Origin: Octopus vulgaris
Lineage: Eukaryota
DNA: 64,000 nt
Direction of reading: 5' to 3'
Assembly (NCBI GenBank): GCA_951406725.2
Contig: OX597827.1
Coordinates: forward strand, 53,506,001-53,570,000
The position numbers were made by a program, and so were the translations under genes. Below the pieces are notes generated by a model. It ran no database searches, had not been told where the DNA came from, and worked only from the letters and a program-made list of their open reading frames with translations. This document shows positions 1-12,914 of the stretch, piece by piece; the first letter of the stretch is position 1, and every line of letters begins with the position of its first letter.

Positions 1-183
1 GTATCTAGTACTCACTTCTTCTTTTAGAAGCCTTTTAATGTACTTATATATGAATAACATATAGCCTAATGGCTAAAATGTCTTTTGTACTAGATCACCG
101 GCAATAATAATTTATTTTATCGCCTTTTTACTATGTTTACATATGTATGTGTATATGTATATATATGTATATTTATGTATGTA

Positions 184-890
184 GATATAAACTTAGATAA
201 ACTTAGATATGTTTCGACCAGAGATTGGTCCAGGCCATGTCTAACTTAATAGCACCACCTGATAAGATTATTCGAATCCTGTTTAAGTCAAGTTTTGTTC
301 AAGTAGTGAGTTCTTGTTGGGTGAGTTGTATCCAGTTTTGTTCAAGTAGTGAGTTCTTGTTGGGTGAGTTGTATCCAATTATGGGTGGCTTATCTGGTAT
401 TCTTTGAAGGAATCTATCCAGACTCTGTTTAAAGTTGATGGGATCCTTTTCCTCTTTGATCTCCCTCGGGACAATGTTAAATAGGGCAGGGCCTGTTGAG
501 GAAAAGAAATTATGTTGCAGTGTACATGTATGTTGTGATCTTGAATTTGGCAGGGGACGTATAGCTCGTGGTCCAAGTCTTGGATGAACCTTGAAGCTAA
601 TGTTTAGGTCGTTTGGGCAAAGTTGGCGGTATATTCTCCACATCGTACAAATGATGTACCGCTCACGGCGACGCTGGAGGGAGTAAAGTTTCAAGGCTTT
701 AAGGCGATCCCAATAATCGAGAGCAGCCATGCCTTCAATTTGTTTAGTGAGAGCCCTCTGGGGTGACCCAATTCTGGAGATGTTTTGTCTTGTGTGAGGA
801 GACCACAGTGGGCAGCAGTATTCAAGGTGTGGCCGTACAAAGGAGGAAAAAAGTGGTATGATGACACCTTGTTCTCTGGACCGGAAAGTT
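184..890 (-). mobile_element. CR1/L2-group LINE, 5'-truncated 3' fragment
   Basis: ORF2 C-terminal signature (RPHLEYC..WSP, DYWDRLKALKLYSLQRRRER, FKQSLDRFL) followed by a stem-loop 3' end and a short repeated tail. Confidence 0.85.
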
Positions 891-1121
891 CTTATATATA
901 TGTGTACATATATGTGTATATATGTATATATATGTATGTATATATAAGTATATGTGTATATATAAATGCATATATATGTGTATATATATGTATATATATG
1001 TATATCTATCTATCTATATATATATATATATATATTTATATAGTTATATATGTATACGTATATATGTATATTTATATACAATATATATGTATATATATAT
1101 GTGTACATGGATATGTATGTA

Positions 1122-1174
<53 letters not shown>

Positions 1175-1224
1175 ATGAACGTGTATATATTTATATTTGC
1201 ATATATGTATGTGTATATATTTAC

Positions 1225-1265
<41 letters not shown>

Positions 1266-1338
1266 CACATATATATGTGTGTGTATATATTTATTTGTAT
1301 ATATATGTATGTGCATATATATGTATGTGCATATGTAT

Positions 1339-1385
<47 letters not shown>
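891..1385. repeat. Degenerate (TA)n/(TATG)n microsatellite block; similar blocks near 2286-2487, 5205-5720, 6258-6448, 15575-15726, 26850-27033 and 46445-46990
   Basis: Seen directly in the sequence. Confidence 0.97.
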
Positions 1386-1929
1386 CGTCGTACGTACAGG
1401 TTATTCTATTATATGTAAGTACACATTTTACAAAATCTTGAACGATTCTATTTCTATCCTCCCTTTCACTCTTTTTCGTTCATTCCGCTCTTCGTTCTTT
1501 CATTCCCCCTCTCTCACATTTCTTTGCCTTCTCTTCTTACTCACTTTCCCTACACTTTTCACTTCACCATGTCCCTGTCATTTATTCTCGCCCCTCCTTA
1601 ATTCTTCTATCCATCTGCTTCTACAACTCTCTCTTGTCTTTCCCCTCCTTAATTCTTTTGTTCCTCTGCTTCTATTTTTCTCTCTCTTCTCTTCCCACGT
1701 GACCGATCGGCCAAACTACTCGCTCTTTCTTCCTGAGTCTGGCCGTGGTCCGTTCAACACCGATATTCTTCTCTGTGTTTGTGAAATATTTGTATCTCTG
1801 TCGTAAGGCTTCATTTCCACACGCGCCAGCTTAATTCAATTCATCCTTAGTCGAAAAGCACCTGTTGTTATGTCCTGTTATTATTTAAATTGTATTTTTC
1901 ATTGTATTTATATTTGTGTAACATTGTCT

Positions 1930-2160
1930 GTTTTTCCGTCCTTGTTTTTGTATACATTTGATGCTTTCTTCCAAGGAATCTAATGCCCTTAGCTTAGTTT
2001 TTCCTTGGGGTTGGCCAGATTGGATTAATCTCAAGAATAATCAGCCGAAATTGCGAGAATAATCTGGTTCTTGACTGAAGATAGAAAACTTCGAATGACC
2101 CATCCTTGTTTTTTTGTATCGTCTATCTGGATATTTTGTTGTCCCTTTTTGTATTTTACA
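1930..2160 (+). repeat. Interspersed repeat with an inverted partial copy at about 3198-3320
   Basis: The segment ..cagccgaaattgcgagaataatctgg..gtatcgtctatctggat..gtcccttttt matches the reverse complement of 3198-3320. Confidence 0.7.
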
Positions 2161-2283
2161 CACACACATATATATGTATACATATATAGATATATATGTA
2201 TATTATAGTGTATTGTTGTGTCATTCAAAATATTTTATTCGTTACAAACAATACACAATGCTTTAAGCGAACTACAATACTCT

Positions 2284-2335
<52 letters not shown>

Positions 2336-2401
2336 TATATACATATGTATAAATATGTATATATGTTTATATATATACGTATATATACATATATATATAT
2401 A

Positions 2402-2492
<91 letters not shown>

Positions 2493-2526
2493 ATAATTAA
2501 GGGTTTAGTAACAAGTTGCTTCATCA

Positions 2527-3157
2527 CATAAAATGCAGTGTACATTTAAACACATAAGGAATCCACTCGTGGGATTCATCACGCTAGAAAGAACAGCTAG
2601 GTTCTATAACCACAAAATTAGGGATAAAATCTCGAAAGGAACGAAATGAGAAAATAAAAACATTTACCATCTAGTTTCCTGGGCCAATTGGTTTCTGATT
2701 TTAGCTTAGCAAATAAGATAATCTTCGCTAGGTGAAATCGTCGTCAACAGGTACACTTTAGATTAAATATATAAAACACGAAGCAATCAATTATATGCCT
2801 CTTGTTTATACATCCTATTTTTTTCAAAATCTACTGCGCAGACGCAGCTCCTCGTCGGCAATAAAAAATGCCAACTTTTAAAATTAGAAAATTATCCAAA
2901 AACTTATAGTACTTAATTATATCGAAGGGAAATGGAAATTAATAGAAATTTTCCAATGGCCTAGCGTGTGAAAATTTAATCCAAAGACTATGTATTACTC
3001 ATAAAATACAGTGTACAATTAAAGACACAAGGAATCCACTCGTGGGATTCATCGCGCTAGAAAGAACAGCTAGGTTCCATAACCACAAAATTAGGGATAA
3101 AATCCCGAAAGGAACGAAAAGAAAAAAATATAAAAGATAAAAACTTTTACCATCTAG
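2527..3157 (+). repeat. Two ~150-bp direct repeats (about 2527-2674 and 2998-3157)
   Basis: cagtgtaca..aaggaatccactcgtgggattcatc..gctagaaagaacagctagg..ttaccatctag occurs twice, about 470 bp apart. Confidence 0.9.
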
Positions 3158-3399
3158 ATGGAACAAGAACGCAAAACATCCACACAGTTAGGTGATAAAA
3201 AAAGGGACAGCAAAGCATCCAGATAGACGATACAAAGAGAACAAGGACCAGTCATTCAGAGTTTTCTTTCCTTAGTCGAGTTTCAGATTATCTTTGTAAT
3301 TTCGGCTGGTTATACTCAATACTGTTATTTCGGCTGGTTATGCTCAAGATTGTTATACGCAAGATTATTGTTTCGGCTGGTTATATATTTCGGCTGGAT

Positions 3400-4800
3400 A
3401 ATCAAGTTAAAACAAATATTAGTAAAGAGATATTAAACTAATTGATTTATTATAGATATTAAAAAATATATAACATTTTTTCTAGTAATAATTTTGGAGT
3501 TGGTTATTCTACTACTAATAATGATGGTAACGTTAGCTTTTACATTAACAAATTAAATAATTATTCCAATAATAATAAAGACCAGAATATATTGTACATG
3601 TAGAGATAAGACAAAATGTAAATTTAAAAATAAATGTAATTTGGATGATGCAGTATATAAATGTGTAGTGACTTTGATTGATGGTAATATTAATACGAAG
3701 AGGTATAATTTAAATGCGATTTACGTGGGGACAACTTCTAATAAATCAAATTAAGTTTGGCTCAACACATGCATTCATTTGAGAATAAAACATTGATTAA
3801 TTCTACTGGCCTTAGCAAATATATTTGGGAATTGAAATCTAAAGGGATTAAGTATAATTTAAATTGGGAGATAGTTTGTAAAGCTAGATTTTATCGAATA
3901 GGCAATAATTTTTGTTTACTATGTACAAATGAATTTATGGAGATATTACTATCTAATAATAAAAAATTGATTAATTTCCAAGATGAGCGAAAAATTAAAT
4001 GTAGATATAAGTTGAATTTTATAATAAGTGTAGCTAATTTGTGTATATATTTAAACCCGGATTTATGTTACTAATTTTTGTAGTTATAATTTGTAGAAGT
4101 ATAATGAGTAGAAATTAGCAGTAGATTATGTAGTATATATTGCATAATTGAAATATAAATTAAACCAACGTGTTTATAAAATAAATAAATAAATTAATGA
4201 ACATAGATTAAGTTATCGAAATTTATTTTATTTTATGTATTTTATGTATTTTAGTTTTAAATTATCGAGAATTTAGAATTTTTCCTGTGAATGGTATATT
4301 ACATGTAGTTTATTTCTTATTTCCACAGCTAAAATACATATTTCTATCTATTTATTCTATAGTTATTATCTACGTCATGTTTTCACGTGATAAATTTCTA
4401 GGTTCTAAGTTTAACGTTTAAAATTTCAGTTAACTGGTATTCTTCAATAAGATAAGTTATGTTTTTATTTTTCATTACTATTCTTAAATTTCGATTATTT
4501 ATTGTTACGATATGTATATTTCTATATTTATTTGTTAATTATTATATGTTTAGAAACATTTATTATTTAGACACATTTATTTTATTATTATTTTAGACTT
4601 GAAGAGTGGCTATAATTTTATCAATTATATTATTATCGATTTAAAGATATAGTCACGAAACGCGCGTAGTCAATTTACTGTTTATTTAATTTAGTGATTT
4701 TTTGAATAATATTTATTATAGTATATTTACATTTTTTCTATATGATATAGATAATGTCTTTCACTATTGAATTACTTAGAGGATATTTCTCTTAACTATA
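3400..4800 (+). mobile_element. Penelope-like element, degenerate GIY-YIG end plus 3' pseudo-LTR
   Basis: Translates to AVYKC..IYVGTT..QHMHSFENK..STGLSKYIWELK..NWEIV..CLLCTNE, the PLE GIY-YIG C-terminus. A hammerhead motif lies downstream. Confidence 0.85.
4596..4671 (+). ncRNA. Type I minimal hammerhead ribozyme (C3U core variant)
   Basis: gac-UUGAAGA-guggcuaua..uauagucac-GAAA-cgcgcg-UA-guc. Helices I, II and a palindromic helix III all pair; predicted cut after GUA at 4668. Confidence 0.72.
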
Positions 4801-4811
4801 TACATATGTAT

Positions 4812-5200
4812 TACTCTTTTACTCTTTTACTTGTTTCAGTCATTTGACTGTGGCTATGCTGGAGTACCACCTTTAGTCGAGCAAATCGACCCCAGGACTT
4901 ATTTTTGTAAGCCTAGTAATATCGCTCCCTTTTGCCGAAACGTTAAGTTACGGGGACATAAACACATCAGCATCGGTTGTCAAGCGATGTTGGGGAGACA
5001 AACACAGACACAGACATATACACACACATACACATGTGTATACATATATACGACGGGTTTCTTTCAGTTTCCGTCTACCAATCTTTGTATGGCCCGAGGT
5101 TATAGTAGAAAATTCTTACCCAAGGTGCCACGCAGTCGGACTGAAACCAGAACTATGTGGTTCGTAAGCAAGCTACTTACCACACAGTCACTCCTACGCC
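4812..5200 (-). mobile_element. tRNA-derived SINE, family A (octopus OR-type-like)
   Basis: Reverse complement of the head, body and tail seen at 10454-10884. Confidence 0.85.
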
Positions 5201-5211
5201 TACTATATTTG

Positions 5212-5245
<34 letters not shown>

Positions 5246-5254
5246 TATACGTGT

Positions 5255-5316
<62 letters not shown>

Positions 5317-5566
5317 AAATATAGGTGTTTATATATACATATATATATACATATATATGTATATATATATATGTACATATATGTGTATATATTTATATAC
5401 GTATATATATGTATATATATATGCATGTATGTATACGTATATGTATACATATATACATATGTATACTTATATGTACATATATATATATATCCGTATATAT
5501 ATGCATATATGTATATACATACATATATTTTTATATAGATATATATATTTATGTATACATATATGT

Positions 5567-5618
<52 letters not shown>

Positions 5619-5784
5619 ATTCATATATACATGTATACATATACATATATTTATATATACATATTGATATTTACATTGTTATATATACATATATACATAT
5701 ATTACAATTATATATTTAAAAGATGAGGAATTATGCACATTATTTCCATTTGACGGGTATTTGTCCTAATCTTTTTAGTTGTTA

Positions 5785-5829
5785 GCACAACGTTTCGGCT
5801 GATATACCCTCCAGCCTTCATCAGGTGTC
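5785..5829 (-). ncRNA. Minimal hammerhead motif in a ~155-bp repeat (about 5725-5880)
   Basis: gacac-CUGAUGA-A-ggcug..cagcc-GAAAC-GUU-gugcu. Confidence 0.68.
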
Positions 5830-6001
5830 TTGGGGAAATTTCGAACATTGGTTCTAATTCCTAAGGTATTTTTCGATGTTGTTGTTGTTGTTGTTGTTGC
5901 TGTTATTATTATTATTATTATTACTACTACTAATAGTGTTTAAGAGCGTGGGTTACTAACCTCAAGATTCCGAGCTCGATTCCACGCAGTGGACTGAATA
6001 A

Positions 6002-6098
<97 letters not shown>

Positions 6099-6151
6099 TT
6101 AACATCGAAAAATACCTTAGCAATGAGAACCCAGTTTCGAAATTTCCTCAA

Positions 6152-6197
6152 GACACCTGATGAAGCCTCGAGAGTATCTCGGCCGAAACGTTGTGTT
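6152..6197 (+). ncRNA. Minimal hammerhead motif in the inverted partner repeat (about 6098-6255)
   Basis: gacac-CUGAUGA-agcc..ggcc-GAAAC-GUU-guguu. Confidence 0.66.
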
Positions 6198-6256
6198 AAC
6201 ATCAAACAAGGTGAGGACAAATATCCGTCAAACATATAATGTAAGTAATCCATACG

Positions 6257-6324
<68 letters not shown>

Positions 6325-6417
6325 TTATATGTACATATATGTACATATATGTATATATATATATATATACACATATACATATATATACATACATATATCT
6401 ATATGTATGTATATGCA

Positions 6418-6455
<38 letters not shown>

Positions 6456-6734
6456 GTTTCTTCTTCCCCCTCTGGTCGGATTAGAAATAGAACGTGCCTT
6501 TTATATCTTGTAGAGTCTTTTATAATTATGAAAATGAACGATTCTGTCTTAAATTCGAGAGGAAAGAGTTTCTCTTGTAAATATATATCCAAATTTCTTT
6601 TCATTAACCTTAAATAGTTTTATTGATTACCTCTTTTCATTTTCCTAATTAGTTCTTATTACACTCTTAGGTTCTGTGTATGTACATATTCTCTGTGTGT
6701 GTATGTATGTATGTGTGATTTTTAGCCTCGTGTA

Positions 6735-6766
<32 letters not shown>

Positions 6767-7160
6767 ATATATATATTCGTTTTTCAGTATTAATATGTAT
6801 ATGTAAAAGTCTCTATGGTTTTTCCTGCTAGTGAACCTGTTACGTTATATTCTACTATACACACGTGGCTTTGTTTACATTATACTTCGTCTAGACCTGT
6901 TACCATTTTAAAAAACATATCCTTTAGACTTTTATTCTTGTTTTTATGTTATAGTATACTGCACATATAGACGTGCATACACATTGATATGTCTGTCTTT
7001 TTTTCTCTTTCGTCTCTCTCACTATTATTATTACTATTGTTTTTTCCCTTTCCCAACTTGCATGAAAACATCTGATTTCTCCCTATTAACCATTTTGTAA
7101 TCTCCTTTATTGTATATTTTATTTTATTAAAATTTTTTTGATGTCCTTCCAAACATTCTT

Positions 7161-7258
7161 CACACTGATGAGAATGACAAAGCAAAAATATAATTATAAT
7201 TACTATAATTATATTTTTTCTGACATATTTGTATTATCCTTAGAAACACGCGTATGTA
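7161..7258 (+). ncRNA. Degenerate hammerhead motif
   Basis: aca-CUGAUGA, a long AT-rich hairpin, then GAAAC-acgc-GUA-ugu. The base of helix II pairs poorly. Confidence 0.45.
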
Positions 7259-7471
7259 TTGAATCCTAATTTGTATTAAATCTAATTTTGAATGCAACAT
7301 CTTTTTCTCCTCCATTATTCCATAATTGTTTTATGGTATATTTATACCTATAACGATATTTTTGAACTATATATATACATATGAATATATACATATATAT
7401 ATATATATTTATATACATACACACACATACACATACACACACATACACACACACACACATACACACACACA

Positions 7472-7502
<31 letters not shown>

Positions 7503-10082
7503 CTCTGTAGTTTCAGCTCAGAGCTACGTCCATGCTGATGCACCGCCGTTTTGCTACACTGTTATTACTGAGATTCTCCTCCAATATGTGGCACTTGGTG
7601 AAGAATGGAGTTTGATGTAGCTACCCTCATTTGCACCTCTTGCCGTGTGGTAGGTTCGTCTGGGACTTTCGACAGGAAAAGGTCCAGCTTTGATTTAAAA
7701 ACCCCTACATCTACTTTGTGCAAGTTCCTCAGACTCTTTGGGAGAATATTAAAAGCTGTGAGCTCCTGAAACCCAGGCTGTTGCAGTAACTGGTCCTGAA
7801 GCGTGATGGCGTTGCTGGGATCTTTGGCTCTATGCAGTGTCGACCCGTTCTGGTATTGGTGTAGCTTTTAATGCCAAAATTTGACACAATTCCTTCCAGG
7901 CTCTTCCAAATGTATATTACTGCATATATCTCCCGCTTTCGCTCCAGGGAGTAGAGTCATACTGTTTCAGCCTTTCCCAGTAGCTGAGCAGTTGCAAGGA
8001 GAAGGTCTCCTTTGTGAATCTTCTCTGGGTTAATTCAAGGTCCGCTGTTAATTTTACACAGTTGGGTGACCATAGCTGTGAGCAGTAATCCAGGTGACTG
8101 AGGACGAATGTCCTCCATAGTACCATCATGGTTTCCTTATCTCTAGTTCTGAATGTTCTCAGGCTCCATCCAGCCAGTTGTCTGCACTTTGTTGCCATCC
8201 TGGTAATGTACACTTGGAAAGAGGTATCATCCCTCATGTCGATATCCAGGTCCCCTCACTGATTTACGCTCTGGGATTGTAATTCCCTATGGACTAGTAT
8301 ACCCTGTAGGTTTCATATTCAGTTTTGGACGCTGGTAGCGCAGGGCCTGGAGGTTTTCAGCATTAAACTGCATATTATTATTCTCAGTGCATCCAACTCC
8401 TGCTGCAGATGTGCAACATCGTTAGGGTTCTATATTTTCTGCAAGACTTTCATTTCGTCTGCATAGCTTGCAAGGGTGGCTCTCTGGGCACTTGCGGGCA
8501 TATCTGAGAGGGCCACTATGAAAAGCAGTGGTCCCAAGACAGTGCCCTGTGGAACACCGCTCACTATTTGTGTTTTCATTGAGGTGGCTCCATTGGCCAC
8601 TACTGCCTGACTTCTATGTTTCAGAAAGTCATCTAACCACTCTCCAAGTTTTGCAGCTATGTCGAGATCACGCAGTTTGTGGCATATCATACCATGATCC
8701 ACCTTGTCAAAAGCTTTTGGAAAATCAAGGTATATCACGTCCACATTTGAGTTTATGATTAACTGCCTTAACACCCAGTCATAATGTTGTAAGAATTGAG
8801 TCAGACAGCTTCTACCTGGTCGAAAGTCATGCTAGGTACCACTCAGCAAGTTATTTTCTTCAAGGAATGCGATTAGTTTCCCTTTGACTATCCGTTCTAT
8901 GATTTTGCTAATGTGTGAAGTCGGAGAGATAGGCTTAAAGTTTTTGGCATCTGCTCTGCTTCCCCCTTTATCGTTTGGGAATATTATTCCTTCCTTCAGC
9001 TTGTTTGGCAGTCAGCCATTTGCAAGAAAGCTCTAGAAGAGAATCTGGAAGGGTTTTGCCAGGGCACACTTACATTATTTGAGGAGGATTGCTGGGAAAC
9101 CATCAGGACCAGCAGTTGAGTTTGAGTCCACCTCATCTATGTCTAATATTATATCTTCTTCGCTAATGTCGATGTACTACATAGTAACTGCCTCACTAGT
9201 TATAGGTGAGGCGGCAAAGAAGTCCACTGGTTCGTTCACTTGTCTGTATACCAATGGGGTGGTAAAGACACTTTAGAACTGGTCTTTCCGTACCTCACTG
9301 ACCTTGGTTGGACTGTCTGTGAGGGAGCCATCGTTTTGGAAGAGGGGTCCTATATTGCAGCGTACTGAGGCTGTTTCTTTCGCGTAATGAAAGAAGGCCT
9401 TTGGGTTTGACTTAAGGTATTTTTATAACCTAGGTGCCTTTGCCTGCTCTCTCCCTCACATGGGATTGTTGCAACCTTTTCTCAATCTCCATCAGTGTTG
9501 CTTTTAGGCGGGACTTTTCGCTACTTTTGGGATGCTGGTTGAATCGATTTGCAACCTTCGTCCTTCGTCTCATGAGGATCTTCCTCTCCCTTGGAATCCT
9601 GTTCCCATTTGTTTTGGCCTTGTACTCTGGGATATATTTCTGACATATGGCTTGCACAACAGACATGAAACATTCTAGTTTCATGCCAATGTCAGGTGTG
9701 GAGAGACATTTCGGCCAGTCCTGTCTGGGGATCTCATTTTGGATCGATTTCCAGTCTGCTTAGTAGAAGTTCAGACTGGAGAGATTTCGGGTGCTTCCTT
9801 TACGCTGTATGTCTCTGGCTGCTTTCGGCCCAAACCTAGACAGCTCTATCATGTTGTGATCCAAGACTAATGTCGGCGTCACTCTCACATCATGAACGAT
9901 ATCCATATTGTTCCTGAATCAGAGATCCAAAATGTTATTCGCCCTAGTTGGTCTGAGTACAGCTTGCTCCATGAATAGGGCATTGGTGAGGTTGAGCACG
10001 GACTCCACCTGTGATTGCTTGCAATGAGTCATTCCTGAGAGCATGAAACCTTCGGGCCATTTGACGTTGGGGAAGTTGAATT
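7503..10082 (-). mobile_element. CR1/L2-group LINE, degenerate ORF2 (end of APE plus RT)
   Basis: VDVIYLDFPKAFDKVDH, SGVPQGTVLGPLLF, YADE (degenerate YADD) and SHLDYCSQLWSP, broken by frameshifts and stops. Confidence 0.93.
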
Positions 10083-10123
10083 AATGGGGGTACAAGGATT
10101 AGATTTATTTAAGGCTACTATAA

Positions 10124-10194
<71 letters not shown>

Positions 10195-10453
10195 TAACAA
10201 TAATAAAATGATCAGTTAGGGTAGAGCATCATAGAAAAGGAATAAAAACAGCCTAAACACTAAAAACCATAATAAAATATCCATACCATATTAACTTCAG
10301 TAGCAAGTATTTATAAGAAATGTATAATAATTTAAGTATTAAGAGCTAAAAATTGTTAATTAACTTATTTAGCTTATTATAATCAGGACTGAAACTCGGT
10401 ATTGGTTAAAAGAATAATTGTTGTTAAAAGGACATTACTAATCATATACTAAT

Positions 10454-10625
10454 AGGCGCAGGAGTAGCTGTGTGGTAAGTAGCTTGCTAACCAACCACAT
10501 GGTTTCGGGTTCAGTCCCACTGCGTGGCATCTTGGGCAAGTGTCTTCTGCTATAGCCCCGGGCCGACCAATGCCTTGTGAGTGGATTTGGTAGACGGAAA
10601 CTGAAAGAAGCCCGTCGTATATATG

Positions 10626-10681
<56 letters not shown>

Positions 10682-10884
10682 TGTGATTGTCCCCCCAGCA
10701 TTGCTTGACAACCGATGCTGGTGTGTTTACGTCCCCGTCACTTAGCGGTTCGGCAAAAGAGACCGATAGAATAAGTACTGGGCTTACAAAGAATAAGTCC
10801 CGGGGTTGATTTGCTCGACTAAAGGCGGTGCTCCAGCATGGCCGCAGTCAAATGACTGAAACAAGTAAAAGAGTAAAAGAGTAA
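10454..10884 (+). mobile_element. tRNA-derived SINE, family A, full length
   Basis: Pol III A/B-box-like head (agctgtgtggtaag, ggttcagtccc), ttgggcaagtg core, internal (TA)/(TG) tract, ggcggtgctccagcatggcc..gactgaaac tail and gtaaaaga repeats. Confidence 0.9.
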
Positions 10885-10989
10885 TATTAAATTAAGAGGT
10901 ATAATATAGATTTCAAAAGCTATTTGTGTTAATCCAAAAATGATATTACAGTTTCTTAGGGGTACTTAATAAGAAGCGATGTTTGTATA

Positions 10990-11765
10990 AAACCAATATA
11001 AATACCAAAATTTATGCCTTCTACTGCATATTTCATGTACCCAGAGTTTAGCAGTGTGTCGAGTAGCATTCATTTTAAGAATCTGTGGAAATCTGTGAGG
11101 TGGCATAATATGAGATTCGTTACTACCAACTCTTAAAACCAACGGTGTACATCACTCTAGAGACATCAAAAAAATCTGCATATAACCATCTACCATTCCT
11201 CCTGTTAGATGCTTGGTCTTGGCCAAAGTTTTTATCACCAGAGAACAACTAAAGCATGCCATGATAGTGATGGTTTCTAATCTTGTTAAGTAACCGCTTG
11301 GCAGGTCAAACGGTTTTCCTGTGTCTTTGCAGACAGTAATTGGTCCCTTCTCAAAAATACAACTTTTATTGAATGCCCTCGTGCACCCCACTTCTGAGAG
11401 TACCCTTCAGCTCCTGAACTTCTTTAGTGATGTTCTGGGGGTCATAATCGATAATGTTTTAATTCTCTTCGATAAATTTCGGGGTCCTTTCAGTATCTAA
11501 ACATTTAGAACGGGTTGCCCCTCTCTTTTATACAGTTGAAAGACTCCCGTCAGAGGCATCTAATTCCTTTCGAATTTCATTTATAAAAGATCTTGCAGCA
11601 TTTAGAAAGTTGGCAATTTCTAAATCGCTGTGTTCCACAAACCTAGCATCAATGAGTGCATGTCTTTTCATTTATCTGCAGCGGGAGATCAGACAAAAAT
11701 AAAAGCATTTTAACTGAGAGTAGTATACTGACAATCAAGTGTCCTCGAATAATCCTTATAGACTG
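10990..11765 (-). mobile_element. Degenerate Tc1/mariner-superfamily transposon, probably DD37D (maT)-like
   Basis: Fragments SDLEIANFLNAARSFINEIRKEL, RTPKFIE, VFSGDKNFGQDQASNRRNGRWL and SHIMPPHRFPQ. One terminus reads TA|cagtctataaggattattcgaggacac. Confidence 0.7.
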
Positions 11766-11865
11766 TATGTGTGCATGTGTATGTACAGACACACACATAC
11801 ATACATGCATGTATATATACATACATACACACATATAAATATACATTTACACACACATAGAGGTT

Positions 11866-12025
11866 CAGGCATGGCTGTGTGGTAAGAAGTATGCTTTCCA
11901 AACATGGTTCCGAGTTCATTCCCACTGCGTGGCACCTTGGGCAAGTGTCTTCTACTAAAGCCTCAGGCTGACCAAAGCCTTGTGAGTGGATTTGGTAGAC
12001 AGAACCTGAAAGAAGCCCGCCGTAT
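11866..12025 (+). mobile_element. SINE family A head only
   Basis: Matches 10454-10620. Confidence 0.85.
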
Positions 12026-12041
12026 ATAAATATATATATAC

Positions 12042-12074
<33 letters not shown>

Positions 12075-12094
12075 ATAAATAATTTATATGTATG

Positions 12095-12126
<32 letters not shown>

Positions 12127-12314
12127 CATAGAAGTAAATATATGGCACAACGAAGTACCGATATTTACTGGAAATAGCGAACGTAATAATACGACGCTAA
12201 TGTATAGCTTCACCGAGTATGTACTAGCAAAAATGCTTGAGTGCAACAAACTTGAAAAAAATTGTCTTACCTCCAGGAAGAACATCTGAAAGATGAAATA
12301 CCTAGAAAAGGATA

Positions 12315-12394
12315 ATGTGGGACCGGAGCCGGTTTCGGATTTTTCAAGATATGCCTGCACACATATACTTGATCTATCTTCATCAGCCAAACAT
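12315..12394 (-). ncRNA. Type I hammerhead ribozyme, minus-strand copy
   Basis: ugg-CUGAUGA-agau..aucc-GAAA-ccggcuccgg-UC-cca; predicted cut between 12321 and 12320. Confidence 0.75.
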
Positions 12395-12834
12395 ATACCA
12401 CGGCAACATTTCAGATGTTACCACATTAATGCCAATACACTCGACTGAAACGCCAAAACGCTAACAGAACGAGAACGGTGAAGAAGTTTCAATAAAATTA
12501 GTAATGCAATACGAGAGTATTGCCTTTCCAGTAAAGAATAGCCCGTGAGGGAAAATTATACATAGAAGTAAATATATGGCACAACGAAGTACCGATATTT
12601 ACTGGAAATAGCGAACGTAATAATACGACGCTAATGTATAGCTTCACCGCGTATGTACTAGCAAAAATGCGTGAGTGCAACAAACTTGAAAAAAATTGTC
12701 TTACCTCCAGGAAGAACATCTGAAAGATGAAATACCTAGAAAAGGATAATGTGGGACCGTTCTGTTAGCGTTTTGGCGTTTCAGTTGAGTGTATTGGCAT
12801 TAATGTGGTAACATCTGAAATGTTGTCGTGGTAT

Positions 12835-12914
12835 ATGTTTGGCTGATGAAGATAGATCAAGTATATGTGTGCAGGCATATCTTGAAAAATCTGAAACCGG
12901 CTCCGGTCCCACAT
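12835..12914 (+). ncRNA. Type I hammerhead ribozyme, plus-strand copy
   Basis: Helix I augu(uu)gg/ccacau, core CUGAUGA at 12843-12849, helix II agau/aucu extended by ucaag-auaug/cauau-cuuga, GAAA, helix III accg/cggu, GUC cut after 12908. Confidence 0.82.

Noticed and set aside
2070-2105. ctgaagatagaaaacttcgaatgacc, resembling a hammerhead core
   Set aside because: It lacks GAAA-NUH geometry and a convincing helix II in both copies.
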